From Glycocaulis sp. (GTDB lineage: Bacteria; Pseudomonadota; Alphaproteobacteria; Caulobacterales; Maricaulaceae): a DNA stretch of 64,000 nt. The notes beneath the pieces were generated by a model. The model was not told the DNA's origin. It did no database searches and saw only the letters and a program-made list of their open reading frames with translations. The position numbers were made by a program, and so were the translations under genes. The DNA is taken from NCBI RefSeq assembly GCF_051859565.1, contig NZ_JBHYFK010000004.1, positions 271,099 through 335,098 of the forward strand, given 5' to 3'. This document shows, one piece after another, positions 1-10,808 of this stretch; within the stretch, counting starts at the first letter, position 1; each line of letters opens with the position of its first letter.

Positions 1-795
1 GTCGATCACGGGTCGGCTGGCGCAGGTGAACCCGCCCATCGCCCCACCCAGCGCCTTGCCGAGCGTGCCGGTGACGATATCGACCCGGCCCAGCACGCCG
101 CAATGCTCCACGCTGCCCCTGCCCTTCGCGCCCATGAAGCCGTGCGCGTGGCAGTCATCGACCATGGTGATGGCGTCATACTTGTCGGCCAGATCGCAGA
201 TCTCTTTCAGCCTGGCGATATAGCCATCCATGGAGAACACGCCGTCCGTGGCGATGAGGATGTAGCGGGCACCGCTCGCGCGCGCTTCCTTCAGCTTGGC
301 CTCCAGATCGTCCATGTCCGAATTGGCGTAGCGATAGCGTTTCGCCTTGCACAGGCGGATTCCATCAATGATGGAGGCGTGGTTGAGCGCATCGGAGATG
401 ATGGCGTCATTCTCGTCCAGCAATGGCTCAAAGAGCCCGCCATTGGCGTCAAACGCCGCAGCGTAAAGGATCGCGTCCTCATGGCCGGTGAAAGCGGCCA
501 GCGCCTTTTCCAGCTCGCGGTGAACGCTTTGCGTGCCACAGATGAAGCGCACCGAAGCCACGCCATAGCCATAGCGGTCCAGCGCGTCCTTGGCGGCGCT
601 GATCAGCTCAGGCCGGTTGGCGAGGCCCAGATAATTATTGGCGCAGAAATTGATGACATGGCTTTCGCCGCCATTCTTCGCGACATCGATCTCGGAGAAT
701 TGTTGAGAGGTGATGACCCGCTCGCGCTTGTAGAGCCCCTCGGCCTCGATCTCCTGCAAGGTGCTGGCAAGGTGGGCGTAAAAGCTGTTGGCCAT
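1..795 (-). CDS. kbl: 2-amino-3-ketobutyrate CoA ligase (glycine C-acetyltransferase), C-terminus cut by window edge
   Basis: Own minus-strand translation from the ATG at 795 gives [116 protein letters not shown]. This is essentially colinear with E. coli Kbl as I recall it. It is absent from the ORF track because no stop lies inside the window. Confidence 0.9.
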   Translation of the reverse strand, partial: MANSFYAHLASTLQEIEAEGLYKRERVITSQQFSEIDVAKNGGESHVINFCANNYLGLANRPELISAAKDALDRYGYGVASVRFICGTQSVHRELEKALAAFTGHEDAILYAAAFDANGGLFEPLLDENDAIISDALNHASIIDGIRLCKAKRYRYANSDMDDLEAKLKEARASGARYILIATDGVFSMDGYIARLKEICDLADKYDAITMVDDCHAHGFMGAKGRGSVEHCGVLGRVDIVTGTLGKALGGAMGGFTCASRPVID

Positions 796-870
796 GGCGG
801 GTGTCTCCGGTGTTTGCGTGCAAGCAACCGGGATAGGCCAAGCGGCTTTGCAGGGCAATGCGGCGGGCCT

Positions 871-973
871 CCCTCGTGCTTCGAGACGCAGCTAGCGCTG
901 CTCCTCAGCATGAGGGAGCCAGATGGTTTTTGCCCTCATCCTTGCGGACGCAGTGGCGCTCGAAGGACGAGGG
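871..973. repeat. about 100-bp nested inverted-repeat element (MITE/REP-like), copy 1
   Basis: The left half is ccctcgtgcttcgagacg..ctcctcagcatgaggg. The right half is ccctcatccttgcgg..gctcgaaggacgaggg. The same arms recur at 22243..22348. It sits between the kbl start and the clpA stop. Confidence 0.6.
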
Positions 974-1033
974 CAAAGTCTGCCGTGGGTCCCGGCTCTC
1001 CCTGCGGTCGGCCGGGAGTTCAGGCAGTGGGGC

Positions 1034-3361
1034 CTACCGCACCGGCTCCGGTTTACGCTTTGCGCCGGACTTGCCCTTGCCCTGCGGCTTGATGCGGTCG
1101 CCGGGGATGATCTCGAAATCGAGCCGGTCCTCGTCGGCGGCATCAACATCGACCTTCACCACACCGCCCTTGCGCAGCTGGCCAAAGAGAATCTCGTCTG
1201 CCAGAGGCTTCTTGATGTGCTCCTGGATCACGCGCCCCAGCGGACGCGCACCGAACTTCTCGTCATAGCCACGCACCGCCAGCCAGGCTTTCGCAGGCTC
1301 GGTCAGCTCGAAGGTGACGCCCCGGTCGGACAGCTGGGCTTCCAGCTCCAGAACGAACTTCTCCACCACGCGGGCAACGACATCCTGCTTCAGGCCGGCA
1401 AAGCCGATCACGGCATCGAGCCGGTTGCGGAATTCGGGCGTGAACAGCTTTTCAATCGCCGCCGTATCCTCGCCCTCGCGCTTGCCGCGGCCAAAGCCGA
1501 TGGCTTCCTTGGCGGCGTCAGACGCGCCCGCATTCGTGGTCATTATCAGGACCACATTGCGGAAATCGATCTTCTTGCCGTTGGCGTCGGTCAGCTCGCC
1601 ATTATCCATGACCTGCAGGAGGATGTTGAAGATATCCGGGTGCGCCTTCTCGATCTCGTCCATCAGGAGGACCGAGTGCGGATGCTGGTCGACCGCATCG
1701 GAAAGCTGGCCGCCCTGATCATAGCCAACATAGCCTGGAGGCGCGCCAAGCAGGCGGCTCACCGTATGGCGCTCCATGTATTCGCTCATGTCAAAGCGCA
1801 GAAGCTCCACGCCCAGCACGGAAGCCAGCTGACGGGCAACTTCGGTCTTGCCGACGCCGGTGGGGCCGGAGAAGAGATAGCAGCCAATCGGCTTTCTCGG
1901 CTCGCGCAGGCCCGCACGGGCGAGCTTGATCGCGCTGGAGAGTTTCGAGATAGCCTCGTCCTGGCCGAACACCACTCGTTTGAGCGAGACATCGAGATCT
2001 TTCAGCACCCGCTCGTCGGACTTCGATACCGATTTCGGGGGGATGCGAGCCATCTTGGCGACGACCGTCTCCACTTCCTTCACACCAATGGTTTTCTTGC
2101 GCTTGGACGCAGGCACAAGACGCATGGAGGCACCAGCCTCGTCGATCACGTCGATGGCCTTGTCCGGCAGTTTGCGGTCGCCGATATAGCGGTCGGCCAG
2201 CTCCACCGCGCTTTTCAGCGCTTCATTGGTGAAGCGCACATCGTGGAAGTCCTCGAAATAGGGTTTGAGCCCCTGCAGGATCTTGATGGAGTCCGGCACG
2301 GACGGCTCGACCACATCGATCTTCTGGAAGCGGCGGGCAAGCGCCCGGTCCTTCTCGAAGTGCTGGCGGTATTCCTTGTAGGTCGTTGAACCCATGCAGC
2401 GCAGCGAACCCGACTGCAGGGCGGGCTTTAGCAGGTTGGAGGCATCCATCGCCCCGCCGGACGTGGCGCCCGCACCAATGACGGTGTGAATTTCGTCGAT
2501 GAACAGCACGGCGTTGGGCCGGGCTTCCAGCGCCTTGACCACCTGCTTGACGCGCTCCTCGAAATCGCCGCGATAGCGCGTGCCAGCCAGCAGCGCGCCC
2601 ATATCAAGCGAGTAGATCGTCGCCTCTTCAAGCACTTCGGGCACATTGCCTTCCACGATCAGGCGGGCAAGGCCTTCGGCGATGGCCGTCTTGCCGACGC
2701 CCGGATCACCCACCAGAAGCGGGTTATTCTTGCGGCGGCGGCAGAGAATCTGCACGCAGCGCTCCACCTCTGCCGCGCGCCCGATCAGCGGATCAACACT
2801 GCCCGCCTTGGCCTTGGCGTTCAGATCAACGCAATAGGCGGCCAGCGCATCATCCTTGTCCTCGGCCGCGTCCTCATCGGCCTCGTCAGCGCCCATGGGG
2901 CGGCGGCTCTCGTCCGCGCCCGGCTTCTTGGCGATGCCGTGGGAGATGAAATTGACCGCGTCATAGCGGGTCATGTCGCGCTCAGCCAGGAAGTAGGCCG
3001 CGTGGCTCTCGCGCTCGGCAAAGAGCGCGACCAGCACGTTCGCGCCGGTCACTTCCTCGCGCCCTGAATTCTGGACGTGAATCACCGCACGCTGGATGAC
3101 GCGCTGGAAACCGGCCGTGGGCTTTGCATCATCGTCATTATCGACGATCAGGCTCGCCAGCTCGTTATCGACATAATCGCCGAGCGTGGCGCGCAGCTCT
3201 TCCACATCGACGTCGCAGGCGCGCATTACCGCAGCAGCGTCCTCGTCATCGCAGAGGGCCAGCAGCAGATGCTCCAGCGTCGCGAACTCATGCCGGCGCT
3301 CATTGGCCGCCGTCAGCGCGATATGCAGGCTTTGCTCAAGGGCAGGCGAAAATGATGGCAC
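1034..3361 (-). CDS. clpA: ATP-dependent Clp protease ATP-binding subunit ClpA
   Basis: 775-aa ORF with a Clp N-domain ([29 protein letters not shown]). Two AAA+ modules carry Walker A motifs [13 protein letters not shown] and [13 protein letters not shown]. It lies directly downstream of clpS. Confidence 0.97.
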   Translation of the reverse strand: MPSFSPALEQSLHIALTAANERRHEFATLEHLLLALCDDEDAAAVMRACDVDVEELRATLGDYVDNELASLIVDNDDDAKPTAGFQRVIQRAVIHVQNSGREEVTGANVLVALFAERESHAAYFLAERDMTRYDAVNFISHGIAKKPGADESRRPMGADEADEDAAEDKDDALAAYCVDLNAKAKAGSVDPLIGRAAEVERCVQILCRRRKNNPLLVGDPGVGKTAIAEGLARLIVEGNVPEVLEEATIYSLDMGALLAGTRYRGDFEERVKQVVKALEARPNAVLFIDEIHTVIGAGATSGGAMDASNLLKPALQSGSLRCMGSTTYKEYRQHFEKDRALARRFQKIDVVEPSVPDSIKILQGLKPYFEDFHDVRFTNEALKSAVELADRYIGDRKLPDKAIDVIDEAGASMRLVPASKRKKTIGVKEVETVVAKMARIPPKSVSKSDERVLKDLDVSLKRVVFGQDEAISKLSSAIKLARAGLREPRKPIGCYLFSGPTGVGKTEVARQLASVLGVELLRFDMSEYMERHTVSRLLGAPPGYVGYDQGGQLSDAVDQHPHSVLLMDEIEKAHPDIFNILLQVMDNGELTDANGKKIDFRNVVLIMTTNAGASDAAKEAIGFGRGKREGEDTAAIEKLFTPEFRNRLDAVIGFAGLKQDVVARVVEKFVLELEAQLSDRGVTFELTEPAKAWLAVRGYDEKFGARPLGRVIQEHIKKPLADEILFGQLRKGGVVKVDVDAADEDRLDFEIIPGDRIKPQGKGKSGAKRKPEPVR

Positions 3362-3365
3362 GGGA

Positions 3366-3755
3366 CTAGTCCTTTTCCATGGTGCACTGGAGAGGATGCT
3401 GTGCCCGGCGTGCCGCGTCCATAACCTGCGCCACCTTGGTCTCAGCTACCTCGTAGGTAAAAACGCCGCAAACCCCCACCCCATTCTGGTGAACATGCAG
3501 CATGATGCGAGTCGCGTCTTCCTGGTCCTTGTGAAATATGACCATCAGAACCTGAATGACGAATTCCATGGGCGTAAAGTCGTCATTGAGCAGCAAGACC
3601 TTGTACATGGACGGGCGCTCGGTACGCGGGCGCGTTTTCACGGTAATGCCCGTCTGGCGCTCCGTGTCGCCGGGTCCAGGTGCCGATGGCCCCTTTGGTC
3701 CCGATGGTTTGCGCGGGTCCGTCATGCCCATTCGCTGGTCCGCCTCGCTTCGCAT
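3366..3755 (-). CDS. clpS: ATP-dependent Clp protease adaptor ClpS
   Basis: The C-terminal core is [58 protein letters not shown], a canonical ClpS. It ends 4 nt upstream of clpA. The true start may be one of the internal Met codons (MGMTDP..). Confidence 0.93.
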   Translation of the reverse strand: MRSEADQRMGMTDPRKPSGPKGPSAPGPGDTERQTGITVKTRPRTERPSMYKVLLLNDDFTPMEFVIQVLMVIFHKDQEDATRIMLHVHQNGVGVCGVFTYEVAETKVAQVMDAARRAQHPLQCTMEKD

Positions 3756-3888
3756 GCGTCTCCGGGCGAATTGCCGCCCGTCCGGAGAATTAAATAGGCA
3801 TGCGGGGGCCAGTGAGAAGCCCCCCAGAGCGGCTTGTTAACAGTCCGCGCTGGCAGCGGGCGGCTGGAAACACGTTTTTGAAGGGGCT

Positions 3889-3964
3889 TGGTGAGCCGGC
3901 CGGGGCTCGAACCCGGGACCTACTGATTAAAAGTCAGTTGCTCTACCAGCTGAGCTACCGGCTC
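3889..3964 (-). tRNA. tRNA-Lys (anticodon UUU)
   Basis: The reverse complement reads GAGCCGGTAGCTCAGCTGGTAGAGCAACTGACTTTTAATCAGTAGGTCCCGGGTTCGAGCCCCGGCCGGCTCACCA. It has a 7-bp acceptor stem, D and T arms, anticodon loop CTTTTAA and an encoded CCA. Confidence 0.9.
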
Positions 3965-4107
3965 TCATCAAGAGTGCGCGTATCTATAGAGGCCCGCCGC
4001 GCCGGTCAAGGCGCTCAAGTGCGTCACGATTGCGCGTTTCACCATCATGTTTGCCATGGCTTTGCCATCATGGACAGACACTCTGCTCCGGCAGGAGGAC
4101 GGGCTTG

Positions 4108-4725
4108 ATGAATTTTGCGCGTATGGCGGTGATATGTAGCGTGTCGGCGCTGGCGGTTTCCGCCTGCACGACATCGCGCGAAACCTTTGACGAAGCAGCC
4201 GGGCGCACCATGCCGGCCGCCTATGATGCGCTGGGCGCGCCGCGCGAGCGTCCGGGCGCCGTGATGGTGGAGGAAGGCGAGCGCACCGTCCCCACACCCT
4301 ATGGCGGCTCTGGCGCGCGCCGGGTCTGCTCCACTGTGGCGACCGACATTGCGCGCCTGACAGCCGTGCTCGGCCCCGATCGCGAGCAGCCCCCTGCCCG
4401 TGACGAAACAGCCGAGGAGGCCCGCGAGCGCTCCATCTGGGATAGCGGGCAGGACTTGCTGTCACGCGCGCCGGATGCCGCTCAGGACGCAGCCGTGGAC
4501 GCCTATTATTCGGCCATTGTGGGCCTGAACCCTGTCAGGCCCGTTGCCCGCTTTGTGCAGAATTCGGCGCGTATCGAGGCAGAGGCCCGCGCCCAGCGCG
4601 AAATGGCCGACCGCCGGCGCGCCTATTTGCGCGGCCTGTTTGACGGGTATGGCTGCAACCGGCGCATCCTGGAGCAGACCTTCATCCGCTATGGCCTTGC
4701 TGATGATGCATCATCAGCGCAATAG
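4108..4725 (+). CDS. hypothetical lipoprotein
   Basis: Internal ATG at 4108 preceded by aggagga. The N-terminus MNFARMAVICSVSALAVSAC has a lipobox. No family recognised. Confidence 0.55.
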   Translation: MNFARMAVICSVSALAVSACTTSRETFDEAAGRTMPAAYDALGAPRERPGAVMVEEGERTVPTPYGGSGARRVCSTVATDIARLTAVLGPDREQPPARDETAEEARERSIWDSGQDLLSRAPDAAQDAAVDAYYSAIVGLNPVRPVARFVQNSARIEAEARAQREMADRRRAYLRGLFDGYGCNRRILEQTFIRYGLADDASSAQ

Positions 4726-4865
4726 TGCCGCCGCTCTGCAATCAGGGTGCGTGGGGCGCATTGCGCCTGCGGGTCTCGCACGTTATCAGCATGGTTAACG
4801 CGGCAGCGCACGAGTCCTTGCTGCCCGGCGATCCAGACATTTTCGATTGAAAGCAGGCCAGACTG

Positions 4866-5258
4866 ATGGGTGACGATATTGCCTTCGAGCTCTCACACGA
4901 GCGCAGGCTGATAATCGTTACCTACCCTGAGCACGCCGGTGCCAGCGCCATCCGCAAGCTGATATCGGTCGCAGGTGAAGGCGTCATGCCCAGCGGTTTC
5001 AACGCCCTGCTGGATTTCTCCGCCACACTCTCACTCGACTTTCCCGTCGAAGCGATGATCGAGCTGTCCATGGTACGGCGACGTCACCTGCCTTACCGGC
5101 CAAGTGAAGTCCGAAAGACCGCCTATCTGCGCGCGCGGCCCGCGCTACGCGATGTGCTCGATGCGTGGGAGAGCTTCTTCTACGAAGATCCGCCCGCCCT
5201 CATCTTCCGCCATTTCGATGATCGCGAGGCGGCGCTTGAGTGGCTGACCGAGCCCTAA
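4866..5258 (+). CDS. hypothetical protein (130 aa)
   Basis: Isolated ORF with protein-like composition. No motif recognised. Confidence 0.45.
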   Translation: MGDDIAFELSHERRLIIVTYPEHAGASAIRKLISVAGEGVMPSGFNALLDFSATLSLDFPVEAMIELSMVRRRHLPYRPSEVRKTAYLRARPALRDVLDAWESFFYEDPPALIFRHFDDREAALEWLTEP

Positions 5259-5355
5259 CCACCCTCGATGTCGGGAACCTGCGCGCAGAGTTAACCGTTT
5301 CTCTCATGTTGAGCTGCCCGGAGACCCCGTGGCGGATCAGAAGGGAGAGGCAACG

Positions 5356-5907
5356 ATGAAACGCATTCTTGTGACGACAGTCGTCATCGCGTCCTTCGCG
5401 GGCGCTGCCCACGCCCAGCTGCCTGATCTGACCGGTCAGGTAACCGGCACGGTCAACCAGACCACCGATGCCCGGCTGGGCCTGCTCGGCAGCGAAGCAA
5501 TGATCGACCAGCGTACAGGTCTGGGGATCGATACCCGCCTGACCGGCCAGCTGGACCGCGCCTTGCCACGCCATGACCGCATGGCAGCCAACGCGGCTTT
5601 GCGCACCCAGCTGGAAACCGAGTCGCACGCCTACGTGCGCGCCAGTGCGCCGCCCCCGCGCGCAAGAGCCAGCGCCCGTGTCGAATATGCTCCGGTTCGG
5701 GTCTATACCCGCGACGGCTATTATGTCGGCCACGTGCACCGCACGCGCCGGTCCTCGGGCCAGTACTATGTGGTGATCCGCCCGCAGGGTGCCTCGCGCA
5801 CACACGCGGTGCTGGCCAGCCACGCGGCCTTTGATGCCAGCGCCAATGCGGTCGTACTGGCAGCCACGCAGGCCGAGCTGAACTCACAGCTGAACATCCA
5901 CCGCTAG
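5356..5907 (+). CDS. hypothetical secreted protein
   Basis: ATG at 5356 follows gggagag. Signal peptide MKRILVTTVVIASFAGAAHA-Q. A hairpin with a T-run follows the gene. Confidence 0.55.
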   Translation: MKRILVTTVVIASFAGAAHAQLPDLTGQVTGTVNQTTDARLGLLGSEAMIDQRTGLGIDTRLTGQLDRALPRHDRMAANAALRTQLETESHAYVRASAPPPRARASARVEYAPVRVYTRDGYYVGHVHRTRRSSGQYYVVIRPQGASRTHAVLASHAAFDASANAVVLAATQAELNSQLNIHR

Positions 5908-5933
5908 GCTCGCAGCCAGTGGCAGAACCTTAT

Positions 5934-5963
5934 GCGGCCTTCCTTTAGCGGAGGCCGCTTTTT
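5934..5963 (+). terminator. intrinsic terminator candidate
   Basis: gcggcct..aggccgc stem followed by ttttt, 27 nt after the stop at 5907. Confidence 0.5.
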
Positions 5964-7092
5964 ATGCGCGCTTGCCCGTGCCCTCTTCCCAGCGGGCAAG
6001 GAACTCGTTGCGGAACGCCTCGAACCTGCCTGCAGCAATGCTCGCGCGCATACGCGCCATCAGATCCTCGTAATAGGCGACATTGTGCCAGGAGAGGATC
6101 ATGGAGCCGAGATACTCGCCCGCGCGCACCAGATGATGCAGATAGGCCTTCGAGTAGTCGCGGCTCGCCGGGCAGTTCACCGCCTCGTTGAGCGGGCTTT
6201 CATCCTCGGCATATTGCGCGTTCTTCAAATTGAACGGGCCATAATCCGACCAGGCCTGCCCATGGCGCCCCGAACGGGTCGGCATCACGCAGTCGAACAT
6301 ATCGATCCCGCGCGCCACCGCCTCCACAAGGTCAATCGGGCGGCCGACACCCATCAGATAACGCGGGCGATCCTGCGGCAGGTGCGGCGTTGTCACGTCC
6401 AGCACGTTGCACATCATCTCGAACCCCTCACCGACCGCGAGCCCGCCGACCGCATAGCCATCAAAGCCTGTCTCGATCAGGGCTTCAGCCGATTGCTGGC
6501 GCAAATCCGGATAGACCGAGCCCTGCACGATGCCAAAGAGGTTCTGGGTCGCACGATCCCCGAATGCCTCTTTCGAGCGCCGCCCCCAGCGGATGGAAAG
6601 TTCCATGGATTTCGCCGCCGCATCGCGCTCGCAAGGGAAAGGCGTGCATTCATCGAGCTGCATGGAGATATCGGCGCCCAGAAGGTCTGCCTGAATCTCG
6701 ATAGAGCGCTCCGGGGTGAGCATGTGCTTGGAGCCATCGATATGGCTTTTGAAGGCGACGCCCTCCTCGCTCATCTTGCGAAGGCCCGCCAGCGACCAGA
6801 CCTGAAACCCGCCGGAATCGGTCAGGATCGGGCCGTCCCAGCGCATGAAATGGTGCAGGCCGCCGAGGCGCTTCACCCGCTCCGCACCGGGGCGCAGCAT
6901 GAGGTGGTAGGTATTGCCCAGAAGAATGTCCGCGCCTGCCTGCCTTACCTGATCGGGATAGAGCGCTTTCACCGTCGCTGCCGTCCCCACCGGCATGAAG
7001 GCAGGCGTGCGGATATCCCCGCGTGATGTTTTCAGCGTGCCGGTGCGCGCCTGGCCATCGACGGCGGCGATCTCAAAGGGAAAACTGGCCAT
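5962..7092 (-). CDS. tgt: queuine tRNA-ribosyltransferase
   Basis: [80 protein letters not shown] are Tgt signatures. The start is trimmed to Met26 of the track ORF. Confidence 0.95.
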   Translation of the reverse strand: MASFPFEIAAVDGQARTGTLKTSRGDIRTPAFMPVGTAATVKALYPDQVRQAGADILLGNTYHLMLRPGAERVKRLGGLHHFMRWDGPILTDSGGFQVWSLAGLRKMSEEGVAFKSHIDGSKHMLTPERSIEIQADLLGADISMQLDECTPFPCERDAAAKSMELSIRWGRRSKEAFGDRATQNLFGIVQGSVYPDLRQQSAEALIETGFDGYAVGGLAVGEGFEMMCNVLDVTTPHLPQDRPRYLMGVGRPIDLVEAVARGIDMFDCVMPTRSGRHGQAWSDYGPFNLKNAQYAEDESPLNEAVNCPASRDYSKAYLHHLVRAGEYLGSMILSWHNVAYYEDLMARMRASIAAGRFEAFRNEFLARWEEGTGKRA

Positions 7093-7123
7093 GTGAGTCG
7101 GATGTCCTGATGCGGCGGGGAAA

Positions 7124-8680
7124 GTGGAACGGATGAGCTGGAAAGACGAAATTGACGAGTTGCGCAAGCGTCAGGCGCTGACACGCGCCATGGGCGGGCC
7201 GGAAAAACTGGAGCGCCAGCGCGCCGCAGGACGGCTGAATGTGCGCGAGCGCATCGCCCTTCTATCCGATGAGGGCAGTTTTCGCGAGATCGGCTCCATC
7301 GCAGGCACAGCGAGCTATGATGAGAATGGAAACCTTACCGGCCTGATGCCGGCCAATTGCGTCTTTGGCCGAGCGAAACTGCGCGGCCGCGACGTGGTGC
7401 TGGTGGCTGATGATTTCACCGTGCGCGGCGGGGCGGCAGACGCCGCCATCGTGGAGAAACAGATTCAGGCCGAAGCCATGGCGCGGGACTTGCGCCTTCC
7501 TATCGTGCGCCTGATCGAAGGAACGGGCGGCGGCGGCTCGGTCAAATCCATCCTCGACATGGGCGCGACCTACGTCCCCTTCAATCCGGCCTGGGATCTG
7601 GTGGTGGAGAACCTCGAGACCGTGCCTGTGGTCTCGCTGCTGCTGGGCCCCGTGGCGGGCCTCGGTGCCGCCCGCGCTGTCTCCAGCCATTATTCGGTGA
7701 TGGTGCACGGCCAGGCGCAGATGTTCGTCGCCGGGCCGCCCGTGGTCGCTGGCATTGGCGAGCACGTCACCAAGGAGGAGCTCGGCGGCGCGGACATCCA
7801 GCTTGCCGCCGGCGCGGTCGACGATGCCTTTGCTAGCGAGGCCGAAGCGATGGAGGCGGCACGCTGGTTCCTCTCCTATCTGCCAAACTCCATCCACGAA
7901 CTGCCTGCGCGCACCGCGCCTAAGGACGATCCGGCCCGCACCGATCCCGCGCTCTCGTCAATCGTGCCGCGCGACAAGCGCTACGCCTATGACATGCATG
8001 CCATTCTCGCCTCGACGATGGATAAGGGCAGCGTGTTCGAGATGGGCCGCAATTTCGGCCAGTCCGTCATCACCGCCTTTGCGCGCCTTGATGGATGGCC
8101 GGTGGCGGTGATCGCCTCCAACCCCAAAGTCTATGGCGGCGGGTGGACGGCAGAAGCCGCGCAGAAGGTGACGCGCTTTATTGATCTGGCCGAAACCTTC
8201 CGCCTGCCGATTGTCCATTTCGTCGATATTCCGGGCTTCGTCATCGGCACGCGCGCCGAACGCGCCGGCACGATCCGCCATGGCGCGCGGGCGCTCGCCG
8301 CACTCTATCAGGCCAGCGTTCCCATGTGCGCGATCATCGTTCGCAAAGCCTTTGGCGTCGCCGGTGCGGCGATGATGAACCATACCGGTTTCCGCTATCG
8401 CTATGCCTGGCCGTCGGGCGACTGGGGCTCCTTGCCACTCGAAGGCGGGGTGGAGGCGGCGTTCAAGGCGGCGCTCGAAACGGCAGAAGACCCGGCCGCG
8501 ATGAAGGCGGAGCTCTCCCGCCAGATGCGCGCCTTCTCCTCCCCCTTCAAGACAGCCGAACGCTTCTGGGTGGAGGAGATCATCGATCCGGCCGAGACAC
8601 GGCTCCTGCTGACCGAATTTGCGAGGCTTTCTGCGCCTTTACGCGAACGAGGCGATAAAAAGCCGCGTTATCGGCCTTAG
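7124..8680 (+). CDS. acyl-CoA carboxylase carboxyltransferase (beta) subunit family protein
   Basis: 518 aa with the two-lobed carboxyl-transferase layout (..[22 protein letters not shown].., ..[34 protein letters not shown]..). No biotin carboxylase gene is adjacent, so the substrate is unknown. Confidence 0.88.
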   Translation: MERMSWKDEIDELRKRQALTRAMGGPEKLERQRAAGRLNVRERIALLSDEGSFREIGSIAGTASYDENGNLTGLMPANCVFGRAKLRGRDVVLVADDFTVRGGAADAAIVEKQIQAEAMARDLRLPIVRLIEGTGGGGSVKSILDMGATYVPFNPAWDLVVENLETVPVVSLLLGPVAGLGAARAVSSHYSVMVHGQAQMFVAGPPVVAGIGEHVTKEELGGADIQLAAGAVDDAFASEAEAMEAARWFLSYLPNSIHELPARTAPKDDPARTDPALSSIVPRDKRYAYDMHAILASTMDKGSVFEMGRNFGQSVITAFARLDGWPVAVIASNPKVYGGGWTAEAAQKVTRFIDLAETFRLPIVHFVDIPGFVIGTRAERAGTIRHGARALAALYQASVPMCAIIVRKAFGVAGAAMMNHTGFRYRYAWPSGDWGSLPLEGGVEAAFKAALETAEDPAAMKAELSRQMRAFSSPFKTAERFWVEEIIDPAETRLLLTEFARLSAPLRERGDKKPRYRP

Positions 8681-8699
8681 GAGGCGCACCGCTTCTCCA

Positions 8700-9030
8700 A
8701 ACTCCCAACACTGTCATCCTCGGGCCGAGCGCAAGCGAGGTCCCGGGGACCTATGCCTGCAACGAACCCGCTAGCTCCAAGCTCTCAGGCATGGATCACC
8801 CGCATGCGCGGGTGATGACAGCTTTTGGGATGGCCATTGACCTGTCCACCGGGGTCCCCCGCCTCGACGGGGGACCCAGATATCAACGCTGGGTTCCCGC
8901 CTGCGCGGGAACGACGAAGGAGATAAGCAGGCCGCCGGAGATTGATGCCTCCTCACGTGCGTTTCACCGGCAAAAGCCGGTGCCAAAAAAATGGATCCCG
9001 GGTCAAGCCCGGGAACCCGGTTGAGATTAT
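8700..9030. repeat. cluster of short GC-rich palindromic (REP-like) hairpins
   Basis: The palindromes are gtcccggggac (8740-8750), tcacccgcatgcgcgggtga (8796-8815), ttcccgcctgcgcgggaa (8894-8911), caccggcaaaagccggtg (8965-8982) and cccgggtcaagcccggg (8997-9013). Both track ORFs here read straight through these palindromes. Confidence 0.55.
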
Positions 9031-9173
9031 AAAGCAAACCGGCAACCTCAATAATCCGAAAAAAAAAACCAAAACCTTACGAACCTTACCAGCTTCGTCA
9101 GATGCAACACGGCACGCTTTGAGGGACGGTCCCTTCCGTTAGCTCCTTTGGGGGAGTGAGAAGGAGACCTGAG

Positions 9174-9671
9174 ATGAAACGCATCCTGTTTGCCGGGCTG
9201 GCGATGGCCGCCCTTTCCACGCCCGCCATTGCCCAGCAAGGTCAGGTGATCCGCATGGGCGACAGTGCGCTGTCCTGCCGCGAGATCGTGCTGGAAGCCA
9301 ATGCCGCGTCCGAAGTCCTCGGCGGCGCGCCCGAAGGCGGCATTTTCGACAGCACCTACGCCACCGAAGCCGCAACCGGCATCGCCCAGCACGCCGCCCT
9401 TATGAGCGGCGCGGGCCGGGCCATTCCCGGCATCGGCGCGGTTGGCGGCATGATGCGCCAGCGGGCGCAACAGCGCGAAGCCGAACTGGCCGCCCAGCGC
9501 GCGATCGCCGAGAAGCGCTGGTACTGGCTGTCGGGCCTCTATGAAGGCGGGCAGTGCGACAGCGTGCTGCGGGCCGAAGCGCAAGCGGCTGCAGCGGCAG
9601 CAGCTCAACCGCAGTCAGATGAGCCGGTCTATCAAATGGGCGATCCGGCAGACGCAAGCGGCGGACAGTAA
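9174..9671 (+). CDS. hypothetical secreted protein
   Basis: ATG at 9174 follows aaggag. Signal peptide MKRILFAGLAMAALSTPAIA-Q. Ala/Gln-rich C-terminus. Confidence 0.55.
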   Translation: MKRILFAGLAMAALSTPAIAQQGQVIRMGDSALSCREIVLEANAASEVLGGAPEGGIFDSTYATEAATGIAQHAALMSGAGRAIPGIGAVGGMMRQRAQQREAELAAQRAIAEKRWYWLSGLYEGGQCDSVLRAEAQAAAAAAAQPQSDEPVYQMGDPADASGGQ

Positions 9672-9707
9672 GTCCCTCCTGTTCCCGCCAAGCAGGCGCG
9701 CTGCTAT

Positions 9708-10808
9708 TCAGCCCGGACCTCCCCGGTTGCGGCGATAAGCGGCGCGCAGCGCGTTCATGGCCTCGCGTGACAGGGTGACATTCATGCCCGTCTCGCGGCT
9801 CTCATAGGCGTCCCAGCCGCTGGGCCAGCGCCACGCCGCCCAGTTCGCGCCAGCGCTTTCCAGCGCGGCGATGCGGGTCTGGAAATACCGGCCCAGATCC
9901 GGCGCGTGCAGCGCCGCACCAAACTCCAGACAGGCCCAGCGCGGATAGCCCGCCATCGCCTGTGCCAGGTGATTGCCATCATCATTGAGGCGCACACCGG
10001 CCCGCGCGCCCTGATGGGTATATTCCCACGGGGCATAGTCATGCACATTGATGACTGTGTGCGCAGATGCGCTCTGCATGGCGCCCAGCGCCTCTGCCCG
10101 CGCCCAGCGGTCGGGGCTTAGGATCAGCGGCACGCCAGGGGCTTGCGGCCAGTTGCGGTCAATCGCGGCAGCGATTGCCGGCCAGACAGAAGGGTGGCCC
10201 AGATCACTGCCATTGGGTTCGACCATCGCCAGAATGCCCGCCAGAGCCGGATGCGAACCAAATCTGCGCGCCGCATGCAGGCACATGGCCACCCAGGCGG
10301 CCTGTGCCTCCTCATCGTGCCACAGCGAGTTGTTCAGGAGGCGGCGCGGATACCAGTCATCATCGGGATGGAAGGCAAAGGCGCTGCGCCCCGGCCCGGT
10401 GCGAAAGCCGATGACGGTGTAGAGGCCGGCGCGCTGACACATATCCAGCCAGCGCCCGATATGGTCCTCAATCGCCGGATCAACGCCAAAGTTGCCCGTT
10501 TCGGCGAACATGCCAGCGCCAGACCAGACGGCCAGATTAGCCCCTGCCTCGGCCAGCGAATCCAGCGCCGCCTGGGAGACAGGCGCGCCCAGCGGTCCCG
10601 GCCCCAGAAACGTTGTGCCATCTAGCTCAGGATAGACGCGCCGCTGGGCAAAGACGGCCCCGCGCAAGTGCGGGCCGGTGCCATTGTCCCACAAGGCCAT
10701 CCGGCCAGACGGCGATGGATCGTAGGACGCAAGCCGCAGCCCCGGCGGGGCGAAGGCAGAACTGGCCAGAGCCCCGCCAGCGGCCAGCAGATTGCGCCGG
10801 GTTGTCAT
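9708..10808 (-). CDS. Tat-exported glycoside hydrolase, GH5-like
   Basis: Twin-arginine leader MTTRRNLLAAGGALASSAFA. The VHDYAPWEYTHQG motif resembles the GH5 H-x-Y-x-P-x-x-F-T-H-Q signature. It overlaps the upstream CelD-like gene by 4 nt. Confidence 0.55.
   Translation of the reverse strand: MTTRRNLLAAGGALASSAFAPPGLRLASYDPSPSGRMALWDNGTGPHLRGAVFAQRRVYPELDGTTFLGPGPLGAPVSQAALDSLAEAGANLAVWSGAGMFAETGNFGVDPAIEDHIGRWLDMCQRAGLYTVIGFRTGPGRSAFAFHPDDDWYPRRLLNNSLWHDEEAQAAWVAMCLHAARRFGSHPALAGILAMVEPNGSDLGHPSVWPAIAAAIDRNWPQAPGVPLILSPDRWARAEALGAMQSASAHTVINVHDYAPWEYTHQGARAGVRLNDDGNHLAQAMAGYPRWACLEFGAALHAPDLGRYFQTRIAALESAGANWAAWRWPSGWDAYESRETGMNVTLSREAMNALRAAYRRNRGGPG

Noticed and set aside
923-2389. 488-aa plus-strand ORF
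   Set aside because: It lies entirely antisense to clpA, which has unambiguous AAA+ motifs. Its composition is Arg/Ala/Gly/Leu-biased, typical of shadow ORFs in high-GC DNA.
3366-3755. ClpS N-terminal extension of about 45 aa as something unusual
   Set aside because: Basic, Pro/Gly-rich N-terminal extensions are common in ClpS, and the true start may be internal. This is not noteworthy.
5932-7026. 364-aa plus-strand ORF
   Set aside because: It is antisense to tgt.
8771-9037. Track ORFs 8771..9037 (-) and 8791..9024 (+), and the possibility of a CRISPR array
   Set aside because: Both ORFs are translations of stacked palindromes. The repeats differ in sequence and spacing and are individually palindromic, so this is not a CRISPR array. 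No cas genes are present.
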